Shown: one piece after another, positions 25,665 to 38,410 of the stretch | Position numbering within the stretch: the first letter of the stretch is position 1 | Layout of the letters: each line of letters opens with the position of its first letter | Assembly (NCBI RefSeq): GCF_009834535.1 | Contig: NC_045696.1 | Coordinates: forward strand, 18,354,001 to 18,418,000 | Source of the DNA: Camelus ferus | Taxonomy: Eukaryota | Reading direction: 5' to 3' | Length of the DNA: 64,000 nt | Notes under the pieces: model-generated | What the model was told of the DNA's origin: nothing | Seen by the model: only the letters and a program-made list of their open reading frames with translations | The model's database searches: none | Translations under genes and position numbers: made by a program

Positions 25665-25977
25665 GAAGGAATTTGTTTTTCATCTATTTTTGTATATAGT
25701 AGTTAATATTTGCAAATCTCAAACTCCCAAATTTATCCCTTCCCCCCTTCCCCTTCCCCCCACCTCCGGTAACCATAGGATTGTTTACTATGTCTGCGAG
25801 TCTGTTTCTGTTTTGTAGATGAGTTCATTAGTTTCTTCTTTTTTCTCTTTTTAGATTTCACATATGAGTGATATGTATATATATGTATGTATATGCATGA
25901 CTGGGACATTATTCTATACAGATCGACATATGGTAATTTACTATACTTCAATTAAATAAATAAATACATACATAAAC
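25665..25977 (+). mobile_element. Short camelid-type L1 3'UTR insertion with 5' inversion (inverted part 25665-~25876, sense part ~25877-25977)
   Basis: Antisense 3'UTR 'gcaaatctcaaactcccaaatttatcccttccc...ggtaaccatagg...' followed by the sense terminal 3'UTR 'atgtatatgcatgactgggacatt...tatacttcaattaaataaataaa'. Confidence 0.85.
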
Positions 25978-26654
25978 AAGTACAAAAAAAATTTAGTGTA
26001 TCACTATTAAGCAAAAGAAGTGTTAGGTAATTATAGACAGCTTTTCGCTTTTTAAAATGCTATTGGATATTTTAAAATAGCTTGTATTATTTCTCAAAGA
26101 TTTGTAAATGCATAACATGGAAGAGTTAATGGAAAAACACAGTTTTAAATGGAAATATTACCATTTCAATTATTTACAACAGATGTCTCTTTAGTATTCA
26201 ACAAAAGTAGACATATTCATGTGATATAAAACTAACATTACAAATAATACACATCAATACTACCAACATTACAATTGCACTTCATAGGACATTTATACTA
26301 AAAGTAGAGCCCCTTTGAATGAAGGAAGACAAACGTACAAGTGGACATGGTGTAAAATTCAGAGAAAAAAGGAAATATCATACTTAAAAGTTTTATTTGA
26401 AATATCTCCAACATGAGAGAAAAGAATGGTTAGTTATTTAAATCATACTTCAGTGCAGTACATAAAGAGGTCCCTTACAAAGTTAGAAATAGTTAAAATA
26501 TGAACATAATTATTAATCACATGCTGGGTAGGACATAAACTGTACTTACTTCTTAAAAGAAAAAATAAATAAATCATATGAATAAGTCCCATTATTTCTT
26601 GTAAAGGAATTACCTGCTATATTAACATTCACTTTTTTTTTTTAAAACATAAGG

Positions 26655-26657
<3 letters not shown>

Positions 26658-26695
<38 letters not shown>
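26658..26695. repeat. (AC)19 microsatellite
   Basis: Perfect dinucleotide run. Confidence 0.97.
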
Positions 26696-26697
<2 letters not shown>

Positions 26698-26921
26698 CAA
26701 GGTTTTATATAAATATAAAGATAATTTATGTATAATAATCCACAAAATGGAAGCCACCCCAGTGGCCTGGCTCCATGTCACAAATCTAAAACTAAGTCAA
26801 CTTGCACTTATGAGAAATGCCTCACTGTCAAGAAAACTTAACATACACAAATCACATTCCTCCAACTCATCTTTAGCTAGCTTACTTTACCCCAGAAAAT
26901 AGGATGTGCTAGCCCTAATGG

Positions 26922-27120
26922 TGTTGTCCTTAAACAAATAGACTATAAGTTATTTCTCCAGCAAAAAAAAAAATGGATTTAATCAGGATCAACAAAGAAT
27001 TGCAATTTGGAGTCTGCAACCATGGAATGCCATATGCAGGTCCCTGCACAGCAAGGAGAAGAGAACTCTTTTAAGTGGAAAAAGGAATTTGGGAGGGTTA
27101 TAATAACCAGAGTCTGTAGC
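26922..27120 (-). mobile_element. Partial ERV1-type LTR (3' part), same family as 42262-42644
   Basis: Reverse complement aligns by eye to 42450-42644 (tatttctccagcaaaaa, caaagaattgcaatt, gtctgcaa); begins with terminal TGTTG. Confidence 0.8.
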
Positions 27121-29229
27121 CGAATAAATTATTAAGGTATACTTATGCAGGAAGGAGGCAGCCACCTGTGTGCGCAGCCCATGAGAAAATCCATGTGACA
27201 TTAAATAACACCGTACAATTTTGCAAAACTAAAAGTGACCATAAATAGCATGAATTAGGAAAATTGAAAGGTGATTTTATTCAAATTTTTCTCCATTGAA
27301 TGTGAACTCGGATCTTCAACATTATGAAAATTAATGTGCTATGAAAGTTCAAAGATTATGTAAAATTATCTTTGTTCATTGAAACTCTAACTAGAAGCTC
27401 TTTATAACAAGCTGCCTATTGTATATTTTCCAGTTTAATCTATTGCAACAGCATGTCTTGAATTTTAAATTTTGGCCTTCCATAAATTTCTTCATTGTTT
27501 CAGGTTAGAATGTTCCTTTTAGGAAGGTAATGTCCTTCCCCAAGGAAATTAAATCTATATCGTCTTTAAAAATTCAGCAGGGAACAGTTGTTTTGTCAGG
27601 ACGGCCCATCTTATTGTTGTATTCTGTTTCTCACTGAAATAGTGGCATGTGTCTCAATGGCCACACTTAGATTCCCTGCTGCTATTATAAATGAGTATGA
27701 AGCCATTTCCCTGGTGGAAATAGCTCCAGGACTGACATTTCATTATAACGAAGGGAGCTGGTGTTTCTCCAAATGCAACAAAACTAAATGGTTCCCCTCA
27801 CTCCCCTGCTTCTCCTATTAAGAAGCTCAAAAGCGGACAGGAACTGAAATGCAGCTTAGGTTAATGTAGGGCAATTCCATTTCTAATTCTAACTTTTTGT
27901 AGCAATCATGTATAGTTGCATCTAGGCATCTAATGGCCTTCATACCTAATGTTCACCAACACTACAGTATTTGTCAAAGACCCAAAATATTGCTGAATTT
28001 TTAAAGTAAAACATTTAATTCAAACTAGTATTTTTCTTCTTAGATATAATACACTCACCTCAGATTATATTAGACATGGTACACTTTATGGACAATTAAT
28101 TTGCTGATAAGAAAAAAAAATATTTCTTCCCAATCAGGACTTAGTTTCCTGATTTGACCTTAATAAGCTTGCTTTTCTAAATTAACTCTTTTAGCCAAAT
28201 ATTTGCATACTGTACTAAGCATAAATTAATCGATCTTCTTGCTTTTTATAAATGCAGATGTTGCTGTAGTAAATGTACCGTTTCACTTGTAAGGGTACAA
28301 GGAGATCGTGGATGCTGTAGTTGTTTCCGATTGCCAGGAACTGAAAGTTTCACAGCCTGGAAAACTGGATTCATTTTCTTGGTCTTAGATAGCAGTCACA
28401 TGATGAAACAGAGTACTTTGCCTTCATGCTTTATCCAGTAGAACTCATCTTTTTTCCCTATGTTAACCAGTGATTTTGCCAATGTACTAAAAACAGTTAT
28501 TTATTCATTCTTCCATTTAATCAATAGTTACTGCATGCTTAAATTAGGCACGATATAAAATAGCCCATACAATAACTGTGAGCTGTAAAAGCCCTGCCAT
28601 GAGTTTCTTTTATTTTTTTGTCAATTCTATTCTAGTAATGAATAATAGAAGGTATATTTGAAAAGAATGACCAAGTGAGTTTCAGTGGTGGATACCTAAA
28701 CATTTGATAAGGTTCATCGGTTAAAGCATTTCATCAAACTCACTAGATATTGTATCCTTTTAAACACTGTCAATTATTCAGTAAAACAAGCAAAAATTGA
28801 AAACAAAATCCACATAATGAAAATAACTCATTTTCAATTGCTTCCTATTTTAAGTCTGTATAATTTTAAGTAAAAGTGGCTATGTTTACAAAATTTTGAA
28901 AATGAATTAACAAATGACCATTGATGGACTTTCCTGGTTAAACAGAATTTTTCCAGAGAAGTTAAAAAAAAAGTTATAAAATTTAGACTCGATAATTTAG
29001 TGCCTTTTGAAGATTCCTTTTTCATATGGCCATACTCAGTTCAGTCATGCAGTTGTGTTCCATTTGACTTAGTGTCTGACTTGAACTGCTTTTACCTGAT
29101 TCTCAGTCTCATCTTGCTTGTACATCAAGGGATTGACACATGATTAACTTTGTTTCTATTTATAGTTTTTGGTGAAAAAAGTCCAACTACTCATATATTG
29201 TCTCGGACAGATTAAACTCTATATAAAAA

Positions 29230-29960
29230 CACTGAGAATTAAAACACTTTATTAGTTTCTTAAATGTATCATTATGTACTTAACACCAGATAAAGTAGTT
29301 TGAACAGTCTTGTCCTCCTCTTCTCATTGTATAATTCACACACCGGAGTGAGTATTTTTTCTATGCCTTGGCAAATCGCCGTAGTCTGCTTTAAGGTTGG
29401 ATCAACGTCCAACATTATATCCTTGGAGCTTTCATTGTCATGAAACATCTTTGAGAGTTTCTTTAATGTGACGTTTTGGCTGGCATCACTTTCTCTGAAA
29501 CAGCTTCATCCTTTTTGCCATGAACACTTTCCCCATTTTCATTGAATAAGTTCACCTTCACTGACGTTCCCTGCCTGCACGTCTCCAGTCTCCGGAACCG
29601 TGGCAGCATCAACCTCCCCATGGTAGCGATTTCTTCTGTAACTCCATTTATCTTGCATTTGAATTTCGCTTCCAGTGTTGGTTTTTCTTAGTTGAACTTT
29701 TATCTTTGTTGGCCAATTTCTTCTTTTAATTATCCATTTTGGTAAAATGTCTCTTGGGTTTATCACTGGGAGACAAAAAAGCAACACAGCTTCCCTGTCT
29801 GCATGAACTGAATGAACCAAAGATGCACAGTGATCAGTTGTCCTCTGACTCTGAAGTACCTGACTCTCAGTGATCATGAACAGGTTACTTGTGCAGTGCT
29901 GTGCACCGAAGAACTAGCTGTGAAATTTGTAGTTTATGCACTTGACCACAGTTGACACAC
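29230..29960 (-). mobile_element. MER82-like non-autonomous Tigger-family DNA transposon
   Basis: Minus strand reads 'ggataattaaaagaagaaattggccaacaaagataaaag...aaatggagttacagaagaaatcgctacc...aaaggatgaagctgtttcagagaaagtgatgccagc...atttgccaaggcatagaaaaaat', resembling MER82; accounts for ORF 29539-29877. Confidence 0.65.
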
Positions 29961-31673
29961 CTAGCTAATATATTCGGATCATATTTTCAGGGGGACTGAT
30001 TTTAGTTAACTAACAATAGTAAGTAGAATTTGGGAGCATCAGAGCCATGCAAAATGAGAATTGTCTGTATCTAATTTCAGACGGAAACAATTCTGAAAAC
30101 CTGAATATACATTATGTTTGTGTTCTGTACGCACTGGAGAATGACTCCCTAAACAATAACAAAATATATCACATTTCCTCTAACGAACCAAAAAAGAGGT
30201 TGTTATTGGATCGTTTAATACTCTTTCCACATCTCTAATCCTGTCCATCTCAGATGTGTTCACTGCGTGCATTTCAAAAGCTGGACGGATATAAAGAGCC
30301 TTACTTTTAAAGGAAAGTTTATTTTGTAATAACTTTTTTAGTTATCCTTATTGGTATTTGAAATCTGTGCTGATTTTTACTTATTTCTTATAAATTCACA
30401 CAGATACTATGTTCCTCCTGTAGTGTCCCACTAGCAAGACAAGCAAACAATTTTGGTACATACTTAGTCAATGTCTAGATCATCTTCAATTCTTTACATC
30501 CTTTATCGGTATATACACACATAGCAGAGCTGCATGACTTAGTGTATATCACAGATAATCTTGCCAGAGTCAAAATGGAAACAGGAGGAGAAAATTTTTC
30601 TTCCACTCTCATTCAACTCTATTTTGTTCCTAAGTCATTGGAACCAATCACTGGGAAATGTAACTGATGAAGAAAATGTTTCCTCCTAGTGGGAACAGAA
30701 TTTTTGATAGGCAGGGTGGCTTTGGTCATGAGTTAAAAGTACTCCCCAGAGATTTGGTTTATTCAGCCTCCTGCCAGGGTCCACTCACACAAAGTGTAGA
30801 ATGGCAGGAGGTCATCAAGCTAACGCCTGGTTAGAAAACGTTTGACAGTAAACGAGTGGCATGCTGGTATCAAACACAGGATCTAACACGGCAGGGATTA
30901 AGGATTAAGAGGTCAGGAAAGCCAGTGTTTGCTGTCAAGTGCAGGCAAGCTAGTGAACAGACCTGTCTGAGACAAGCCGCCTTGACAGTTCCCAGTCTCA
31001 CGGTCTCTAATCTGTGTAATCTGTGTTGCACTCAAATGCTATTCTTTCCTCCCAAAATTCTCTGTGGGAAATGTTGTCACCACTCATACTTCTCATACTC
31101 CAGGAATGTTAGAAATAATCTCCAAAGGAGGCAGATTAGTGGCAAAGGCAGAGATTACTTCAAGAAAAACCCAAAACGTAGCATACAATCAGGCATCTTT
31201 TCCTTTACTTACCCCTCTGTCCCATTTCTGAAATTATACATGAAATAGTATAATCACTAAAAATTGAAGTAGGAAAACATACATAATGGACTATAGATTG
31301 AAATTAGGAGTCTGATCTTCCTTCCTAGAGTAACTTCCTCTTTTCATGTTATCTTAGAGACTCCAAATAGATCAGTAAATAATCAGATGTTGATTAGGGC
31401 TTTTCTTGTTACTCGGGATTTGAGGAAGTTGAAACAGAATTATTAACTAGGAGCCAAAGCTGAAGAAAGGACTTATTAAGTATTGCATGTTTTAAAGAGA
31501 GTTGGAAATAACTGGGACAGGTATTAACCAAGGATTTACCAAAAGATGGAAAGAAATCTGTTGCTACTGCCGAGTGTTGCATCAACTTCCCACTCCTCAA
31601 ACATACAAAATAACCTAAGAGGAGGAAGAGAGAAAAAGAAAGAAAAGACCTCGGAGTCAGGGTGGTTTTTTGG

Positions 31674-31698
31674 TTTTTTTTTTTTTTTTTTTTTTTTT
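31674..31698. repeat. Poly(T)25
   Basis: Homopolymer run. Confidence 0.95.
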
Positions 31699-32438
31699 GG
31701 TCCAGGAGAAAACAGCTGTGGTTCTTCAGACCCATAAAATATTGAAGGGAAGAGTTATCCTGGTTCAGGCCAGGAGAAGCTAGTTCTAAGAGAGCCACCT
31801 GTAAAAATAATACGTTTAAGAAGATGAAGCTAATATCTTGTTTCCTGGTTGATCTTCTAATGGACTCCACAGTCTAAGGGACAACTGTTCTTGGGGGATT
31901 TTTTTTTTTCAATTTAGCTTTTATTTATAAACTGGGAAAGCGTATTACATAAATGGTTACATGTATCTTAAACATAAGTGCACAATGGCAACATTTCATA
32001 ATTGAAAATTTATTTCAGCAAACACCAAATATTCTAGAAAGTGAGAAAAAAAGAAAAAAATATCTTTCTTCATAGTCTGCCAGTGGAAGGGGATCAATGA
32101 AGATATTCCTAAATAGATGATGATCCTGTGTTCCCCATTATCACTTTACACAGAAGTCGGGAGTGAGTCCTGAAGATTACAGTAAAAAGCCTGCCCACCT
32201 AGGTGAAGAGGATGGACACCAAAGAACTGTTTTTCCTTTTATCTCACTACCCTTTGAGACTTTTTCATTGCAGGATTAAGTCTTATTCCTTACACATGCT
32301 GATTTTCAATAAGCTGGTTGGATTCTAACCCATCCTTCATTTTATCAAGAAGCCCTGAATTACAAAGGAGAGTAAAGAATCACCTAACTTTGTTAATATC
32401 TGCTTTGGATTTCCACCTACTAACTTAAAAAAAAAAGC

Positions 32439-33310
32439 TGTTTTTTTTCTTTCAATCGAGGTATAGTTGATGTACAATATTATATAAGCTTCAGACGTAC
32501 AACATAGTGATTCACAATTTGTAAAGGTTATATCCCATTTACAGTTATTATAAAATACTGACTTTATTCCCTGTATTTTACTATATATATATCCTTGTAG
32601 CTTATTTATTTTACACATAGCAGTTTGTAATTCTTAGTCCCCTACCACAATAGTGCCCTTCCTCCCTCCCTCTCCCCACTGATAACCACTAGTTTGTTCT
32701 CTGTATCTGAGTCTGTTTCTTTTTTGTTATATTCACTAGTTTGTTGTATTTTTTTAGATTCTACATATGACTGATATTATGCAGTATTTGTCTTTATCTG
32801 TCTGACTTATTTGACTTAGCAAAATACCTTTCAAGTTCATCCTTGTTGTTGCAAATAGCAATATTTCATTCTTTTCATGGCTGAGTAGTATTCCATTGTA
32901 CATATATACCACATCTTCTTTATCCATTTATCTGTTGATGGGCACTGAGGTTGTTTCCATATCTTGGGAATTGTAAATAATGCTGCTATGAACAGTGGGA
33001 TGTACGTTTCTTTTCAAATTAGTGTTTTCATTTTGGGGATTTGGGGATAAATTCACAAGAATGGAATTACTGGGTCATATGGTAGTTCTATTTTAGTTTT
33101 TTGAGAAACATCCATACTGTTTTCCATAGTGGTTGCACCGATTTACATTCCCACCAACAGTGTACAAAGGTTCCCTTTTCTCCCAGTCCTTGTCAACATT
33201 TGTTATTTGTGGTCTTTTTGATCATAGTTATTTTGACAGGTGTGAAGTCTTATCTCATGATTTTAAACTGCATTTCTCTGATGATTACTGATGTTGAGCA
33301 TCTTTTCATG
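32439..33310 (-). mobile_element. 5'-truncated artiodactyl-type L1 (3'UTR plus ORF2 C-terminus)
   Basis: Poly-T then 'gtatagttgatgtacaatattatataag...'; 'catactgttttccatagtggttgcaccgatttacattcccaccaacagtg'; reverse complement resembles 14230-15100. Confidence 0.93.
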
Positions 33311-33669
33311 AGTTATGTTGATATATGACTCCTAAATTTGGGGAGAGATTTTAAATAGGGAGCCTGCTTCTTCCCAAGATGCAAGATTTGAAGAAATAAC
33401 CCATTCAGTCTTCTTCCGGCTGGGCTTTAAAACCTTGAGTGGGTCAGCCACCCCCACCTCTCAGGCCTGGGCTCTCTTCCGAGCAGGGACACCCTCCTCA
33501 CACCACAGGGCTCTAACACCCAGGGTCAGCACCTGAATTTCCTCTCTCTGAGCTGTCATGGCTTCTTAAACCAGTTTATACTACCTTCCAAAGAACAAAA
33601 GCTCTTCCCTCTATATACTTTGTCTATACTAGGTATTGATCACATTTTCATATAGTGACAGAATGACAA

Positions 33670-34570
33670 ATGAATGCTGGTGTCCCTTAATGTTTTAATT
33701 TGCATTTCTTAATTAAGAAATAGTTTCCATGTATTAATTAGATGTCTGTATTTATTTTGCATTAAATATCAGTTCATATATTTGCCTAATTTTTTCTAAA
33801 GGTGTTTACTCCTTTTTTACTATGTTAATTTCTGACTGCAGTTTATCTTTTAAATTTAATTAGCCTTTATCTGTCAGATGTGATACATTTTTTGAAGCAT
33901 GTCATTTAGTGTTTATTTTTTGTATTTTTTCAACGAAACAAGTATTTCATCATTATGTAGACAGACATGTCTTTCTAGCTTCTGTGCAATGCTTAGAAAT
34001 ACCATAGCAAACCATATGTATAAGTATAGTTATACCTAAATTGGAGTACAATGTGAGTATAATCTAGCATTATGATAAAAGTAGTGACAAAGCATTATTA
34101 ATATTATTATATTTGTTCCTACATAACTAATAATTTTTCCAAACATAATTTATTGAATAGTAAAACTTACCTCTACTAATAGCAATTTCATCTTTATCTT
34201 ATAGTAAATTATCTTGTGTGTTTGTATTTCTTAGATATTCTAATTATCTTCATTGACTCACTATTTCTCAGTTAATACTACTATAAGGTTTCCATTACTG
34301 TCTAGTCTTATGCCTTATTTTCTAGTAGTATATCTTCTTGTTAATCTCCTTTTCCTTGAATTTTCATGATTATCTGCATTCATTTATCACTCACTTTATC
34401 AGATGAACTCTAGAATCATCTTGTTAACTGCTTCCTCCCCCAAAATATATATTGTTTCAAAATTTTGATTGATTTGCATTATAAAATAATTCAAAAGGAA
34501 TTTACAATTTTACAACTGAGTTATCATTTTCTAAGGGCATGTGATGCCTACTTATTTATTTATGTTACTT
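33670..34570 (-). mobile_element. Ancient L1 (L1ME-like) ORF2 relic
   Basis: 'gttttaatttgcatttct', 'cataatttattgaatag', 'tttatcagatgaactctagaatcatcttgt', 'attttgattgatttgcatt'. Confidence 0.55.
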
Positions 34571-34619
34571 ATATTTCCACCTCTTTCACATTTTTCTTCT
34601 TCTTTTTCATTTTTGTTTC

Positions 34620-34752
34620 TTAAGATATAAATATATAAGATACAAATATATATTTATAATATATATATAATTGTATAAGATATATATAAGGTATAAATAT
34701 ATATAAGATGTTATATATGTAAGAAATATATAATCTTAAGATATACATATAG
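34620..34752. repeat. Degenerate (TA)n-rich low-complexity tract
   Basis: Repeated 'taagatataaatatata'-like units. Confidence 0.8.
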
Positions 34753-34827
34753 GCAAAAACATCATAGAGAAATCTTAGCCATAGTTAGACATATAAACTC
34801 TAACTCGTTTTCATTTTTTTCACTTTG

Positions 34828-35465
34828 TAGGTTTATTGAGGTGTAATTGGCAAAGAAAAAAATTATATATAGTTAAGGTGTAGAACTTGATGTTTTCATA
34901 TAAATATACATTCTGAAATGATCATAATAATCAAGCTAATTAATATATCCATCATCTCACATAATGACCACTTCCTTCCTTCCTTCTTTTTCTTCCTTTC
35001 AGCCTTTCCCTCTCTCCATTTCTTTCTTTCCCTTAATTTCCTTTTTTTTTTCTTTGTAGTGGGAATGCTTAAGGTCTACCCTCTTAGCGATTTTCAATTA
35101 TACAACTGCAATATTGTTAATGACTTTCATCGTGCTCTACATTAGATCTCCAGAACTTACTCATCGTGCATAACTGAAAATTTATGCACTTTGACCAACG
35201 TAGCCTAATTTTCCCTCCCCCAGACCCTGACAACTACCATTCTACTCTCTGCTTCTGGGTTTGACTATTTGAGATTCCATGTATAGATTAGATCATTCAG
35301 TATTTGTTTTTGTATGTCTTATTTCACTTAGCATAATGTCCTCCAGGGTTCATCAATGGTGTCCTAAATGAGACAATTTCCTTTCTTTTAAATGCTGAAT
35401 AATATTTTAATGCTGAATATTATTTTTTTCCATTCACATACATATTCTTTCTTTATTCATTTGTT
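34828..35465 (-). mobile_element. L1MA8/L1MA9-like 3' end
   Basis: 'tttattgaggtgtaattg', 'aatcaagctaattaatatatccatcatctcacata', 'attagatctccagaacttactcatc', 'cttatttcacttagcataatgtcctccagg'. Confidence 0.88.
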
Positions 35466-35904
35466 TTAAACAAATTAATTCAAACTTGTATCTGGAAAGA
35501 AAACATGGGCAGTGGGAGGCTACATTCATATCCTTTAAGAAGTGGAGAAGCACTCAAATATACAAGAGAGACAGAATCAAACTTACATAAATTTGAAAAT
35601 TCATAAAATGTATTCACAGAACAATAACGGCAATTAAATTTACCAATAAAATTGCATTAACAGTTTAACTCACTTGCAATTCAAGGAATGCAAATTACAG
35701 TATAGAATATTATATCTACTCTATGGAATTTGAAAACTTAAAGAAAATATTAATGCTCTGTGATGGCAAAACTTCTAGAATTGTTCACAGTAACAATTTT
35801 GTTTTTAAAGAAAATGTCCAACTATGAGAGTTGAGTTAAAGTATAGCTTAGGTGTATAATCAAATATTTGGGAGGTTTTAAATAGACATGTCTACTTTTA
35901 ACTG

Positions 35905-36140
35905 TTCAGGCTCAGGACTTCATCTGCCTGGCTTCAAATTCTCACTTTCATATTTTTGTAGGTACAAGGCCAAGTTTTAAAAGTGTCTGTGATTCTATGT
36001 CTTCATCAGTAAGAGAGAATAAGTGGTGACAATCATTCCCAACTGTCTCATAAGGCGACTTAAAGATTCATTGTAATAATACAATTTATGGCTAAGAACA
36101 ATTTCTGACTTACCTTTAACACTTAATGTATGTTATGTAT
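35905..36140 (+). mobile_element. MIR SINE
   Basis: 'ctgcctggcttcaaattctca...ggccaagtttta...tgtcttcatcagtaa'. Confidence 0.55.
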
Positions 36141-37864
36141 TAGTTGAAAGGACACTATGGAAATATCTTTATTAAAAGGAAAACACATTGTTTCTAATTT
36201 TTCAGTAAAAAAAAAAACAGCATAAAATTTTATAGCTCCTTTATTTAATGTCAAAAAAACAGAAATATTATAGATGGTTATCCCTAAGATGTGGAATTAT
36301 TGTCTATTTTTATCATTTTTCTCCTTTATACAGTAAGTTTGCAGTGAGTTTATAATCTAAATGATGTAAAACTATGAATATGGTCCAAACACGAGAAGGA
36401 AAATCTCCTGTTAATTTAAAAGTAACAATGTCAGTTATTGTTGGTTTGATACATGTGAAAAGTTAAGTATATGTATAAATTTAAAATTCAAATTATAATA
36501 AAGCCCTTTTTAAAAAACTCCAGAATTACATGAGTAAAATAATTAACCAAGTCTGTAATTTTCCAATCATACACAGTATGACATCAGAACCATTTGGTAC
36601 AACTATTAATAAGAAACAGAGTGTGTTTTATCTTTGCAACCTAGACTTTGGAGGGAAAAAAAAAAAAAAGGATCTGAATAGGAGAAAAACATAACTTGTT
36701 AGATACTCAGAACCTGAGCCAGAGTTCCAAAAGATTGCAGAAAACACCTTTTTTGTTTGTTTCATATGTCCATTTCTTAATGTCTAATGCTTTTCAATAA
36801 ATAATGACCAGAATTATTCACATTATAATAGGACCAAAATGCAAATTACTACCATGCTTGACAATTCTCGGGACCATCGAGTGAGATAAAATTGTGTGTT
36901 ATCTTATGTTCACACTATTCTCCGTAGAATAACTCAAGGTAGCCTGCAAATGAAAGACAAGGAGGAAAAATAATGCATTGGGCAGTGAACGTCTTGAGAG
37001 GTAATAATCAGCATTCAGCGAAATATAGTGGAGCTCAGTCAGGACGAAGAAAAGGAAAAACTATTCAAAACACGTCTGCCCACTTAAATGGTCAGCATAA
37101 AGAAAATATTAATGAGCAGGCATGCAGTGTACTATAATTGCCTTTCCAAAATTTGTTACAGCATTAAATATGATTTTGAATTATTTCTCAAGATGGCATT
37201 TAAATACGTTCTTTATTTAAAGTACACTTTTTATAGTATTTCTTTTATTTTCTCCACTGTGGCTCCTTTTCCATCTAGCTTTCTCATGTACATTGCTGGC
37301 CGCCTCTTATCTGCAGTGACTTCCCGTCTTCCTTGCTTCTTCCTGTTATTTTGTTGCATGTCTCTGGAGAAAGGAATTTTAATAACTTTTATTTTAACTA
37401 TCCTCTTTATTTTTATTTTTGGGCTAGGAACTGACACACATATATTATCGTAGTTTATGCTGGAAGTTTTTAATAGGTATTTTTCTTTTGTATAATTTGG
37501 TTTTACAGAACTTTGTGTTTAGAGATAGGATATTTTCCCCCTGAAACTGTCACATTTTTAAGTTAATCGACTTAATTTAATTTTTTCCACTCTACTGTAC
37601 GACATAGTCCAAAATCAAGATTAGGACAAAGTTGTATAAATAGCTATGTTGTTTTCTTTTTATTGAAAGAGTACCACAAATATTTTCAGATGATTTTTTT
37701 TTCTCTCATAAAAAAAAATTAAGTTCATGAAAAACATAAAGATATATACACACACACACAACTTTCTGACAGTGACAATGTCAAGGTCTGACAGTGACAA
37801 TATTTTATTTAAAATAAAAAATAGTTATTTTTTTCATTAAAAATATAGTATGGTGGTGATAATA

Positions 37865-38070
37865 TGTATATGTTAACTGCTTACCAAGTGCTTTAAATGT
37901 ATTGATTCTTTATACCTCACACAACTCTGTGAGTTAAGCACTCACTATTATTTACCCTATTTTACGTAAAAAAAATACTGAGGCTTAGAGATGCTAAATA
38001 ACCAATGTAAGGTCACACACCTGGTAAGTGGCAGAGCCCAGGCAGTCTACCTCCAGAGCACATAATTCAT
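37865..38070 (-). mobile_element. MIR SINE
   Basis: 'cctcacacaactctgtgag...tactgaggcttagagatgctaaataacc...aaggtcacacacctggtaagtggcagagc'. Confidence 0.85.
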
Positions 38071-38169
38071 AATTGTCTTTATCATTTTTACATTCCTTAA
38101 TAACTTAATAAGGAAGGAAAATCCTTAGAACTGGGTATATTTAGAATGAACCTTCTTTAAGAGATAATA

Positions 38170-38410
38170 AATGTGGCTAATATTTACTGAGAATTTTCAG
38201 TCCTAGAATTGTTTTAATTGCATTACATTTAATAACATTAAATGAATGAATTAATTTATCCTTTAGAACCCATAGCATAGGTGTTATTTTTCATCCCCAG
38301 TTTGGAGATAAGGCACCAGTGACTTAATGAGATTAGGTGACCAACCTAAGGTCACACAAGTGGTAATGCCAGAAGGATTCTAACTCAGGAAATCTAGCTC
38401 CAAAAGGCAC
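38170..38410 (-). mobile_element. MIR SINE
   Basis: 'catccccagtttggagataagg...gagattaggtgaccaacctaaggtcacacaagtggtaa...ggattctaactcagg'. Confidence 0.8.

Noticed and set aside
29539..29877. 112-aa ORF as a novel gene
   Set aside because: It lies within a MER82-like transposon relic, and the frame looks incidental.
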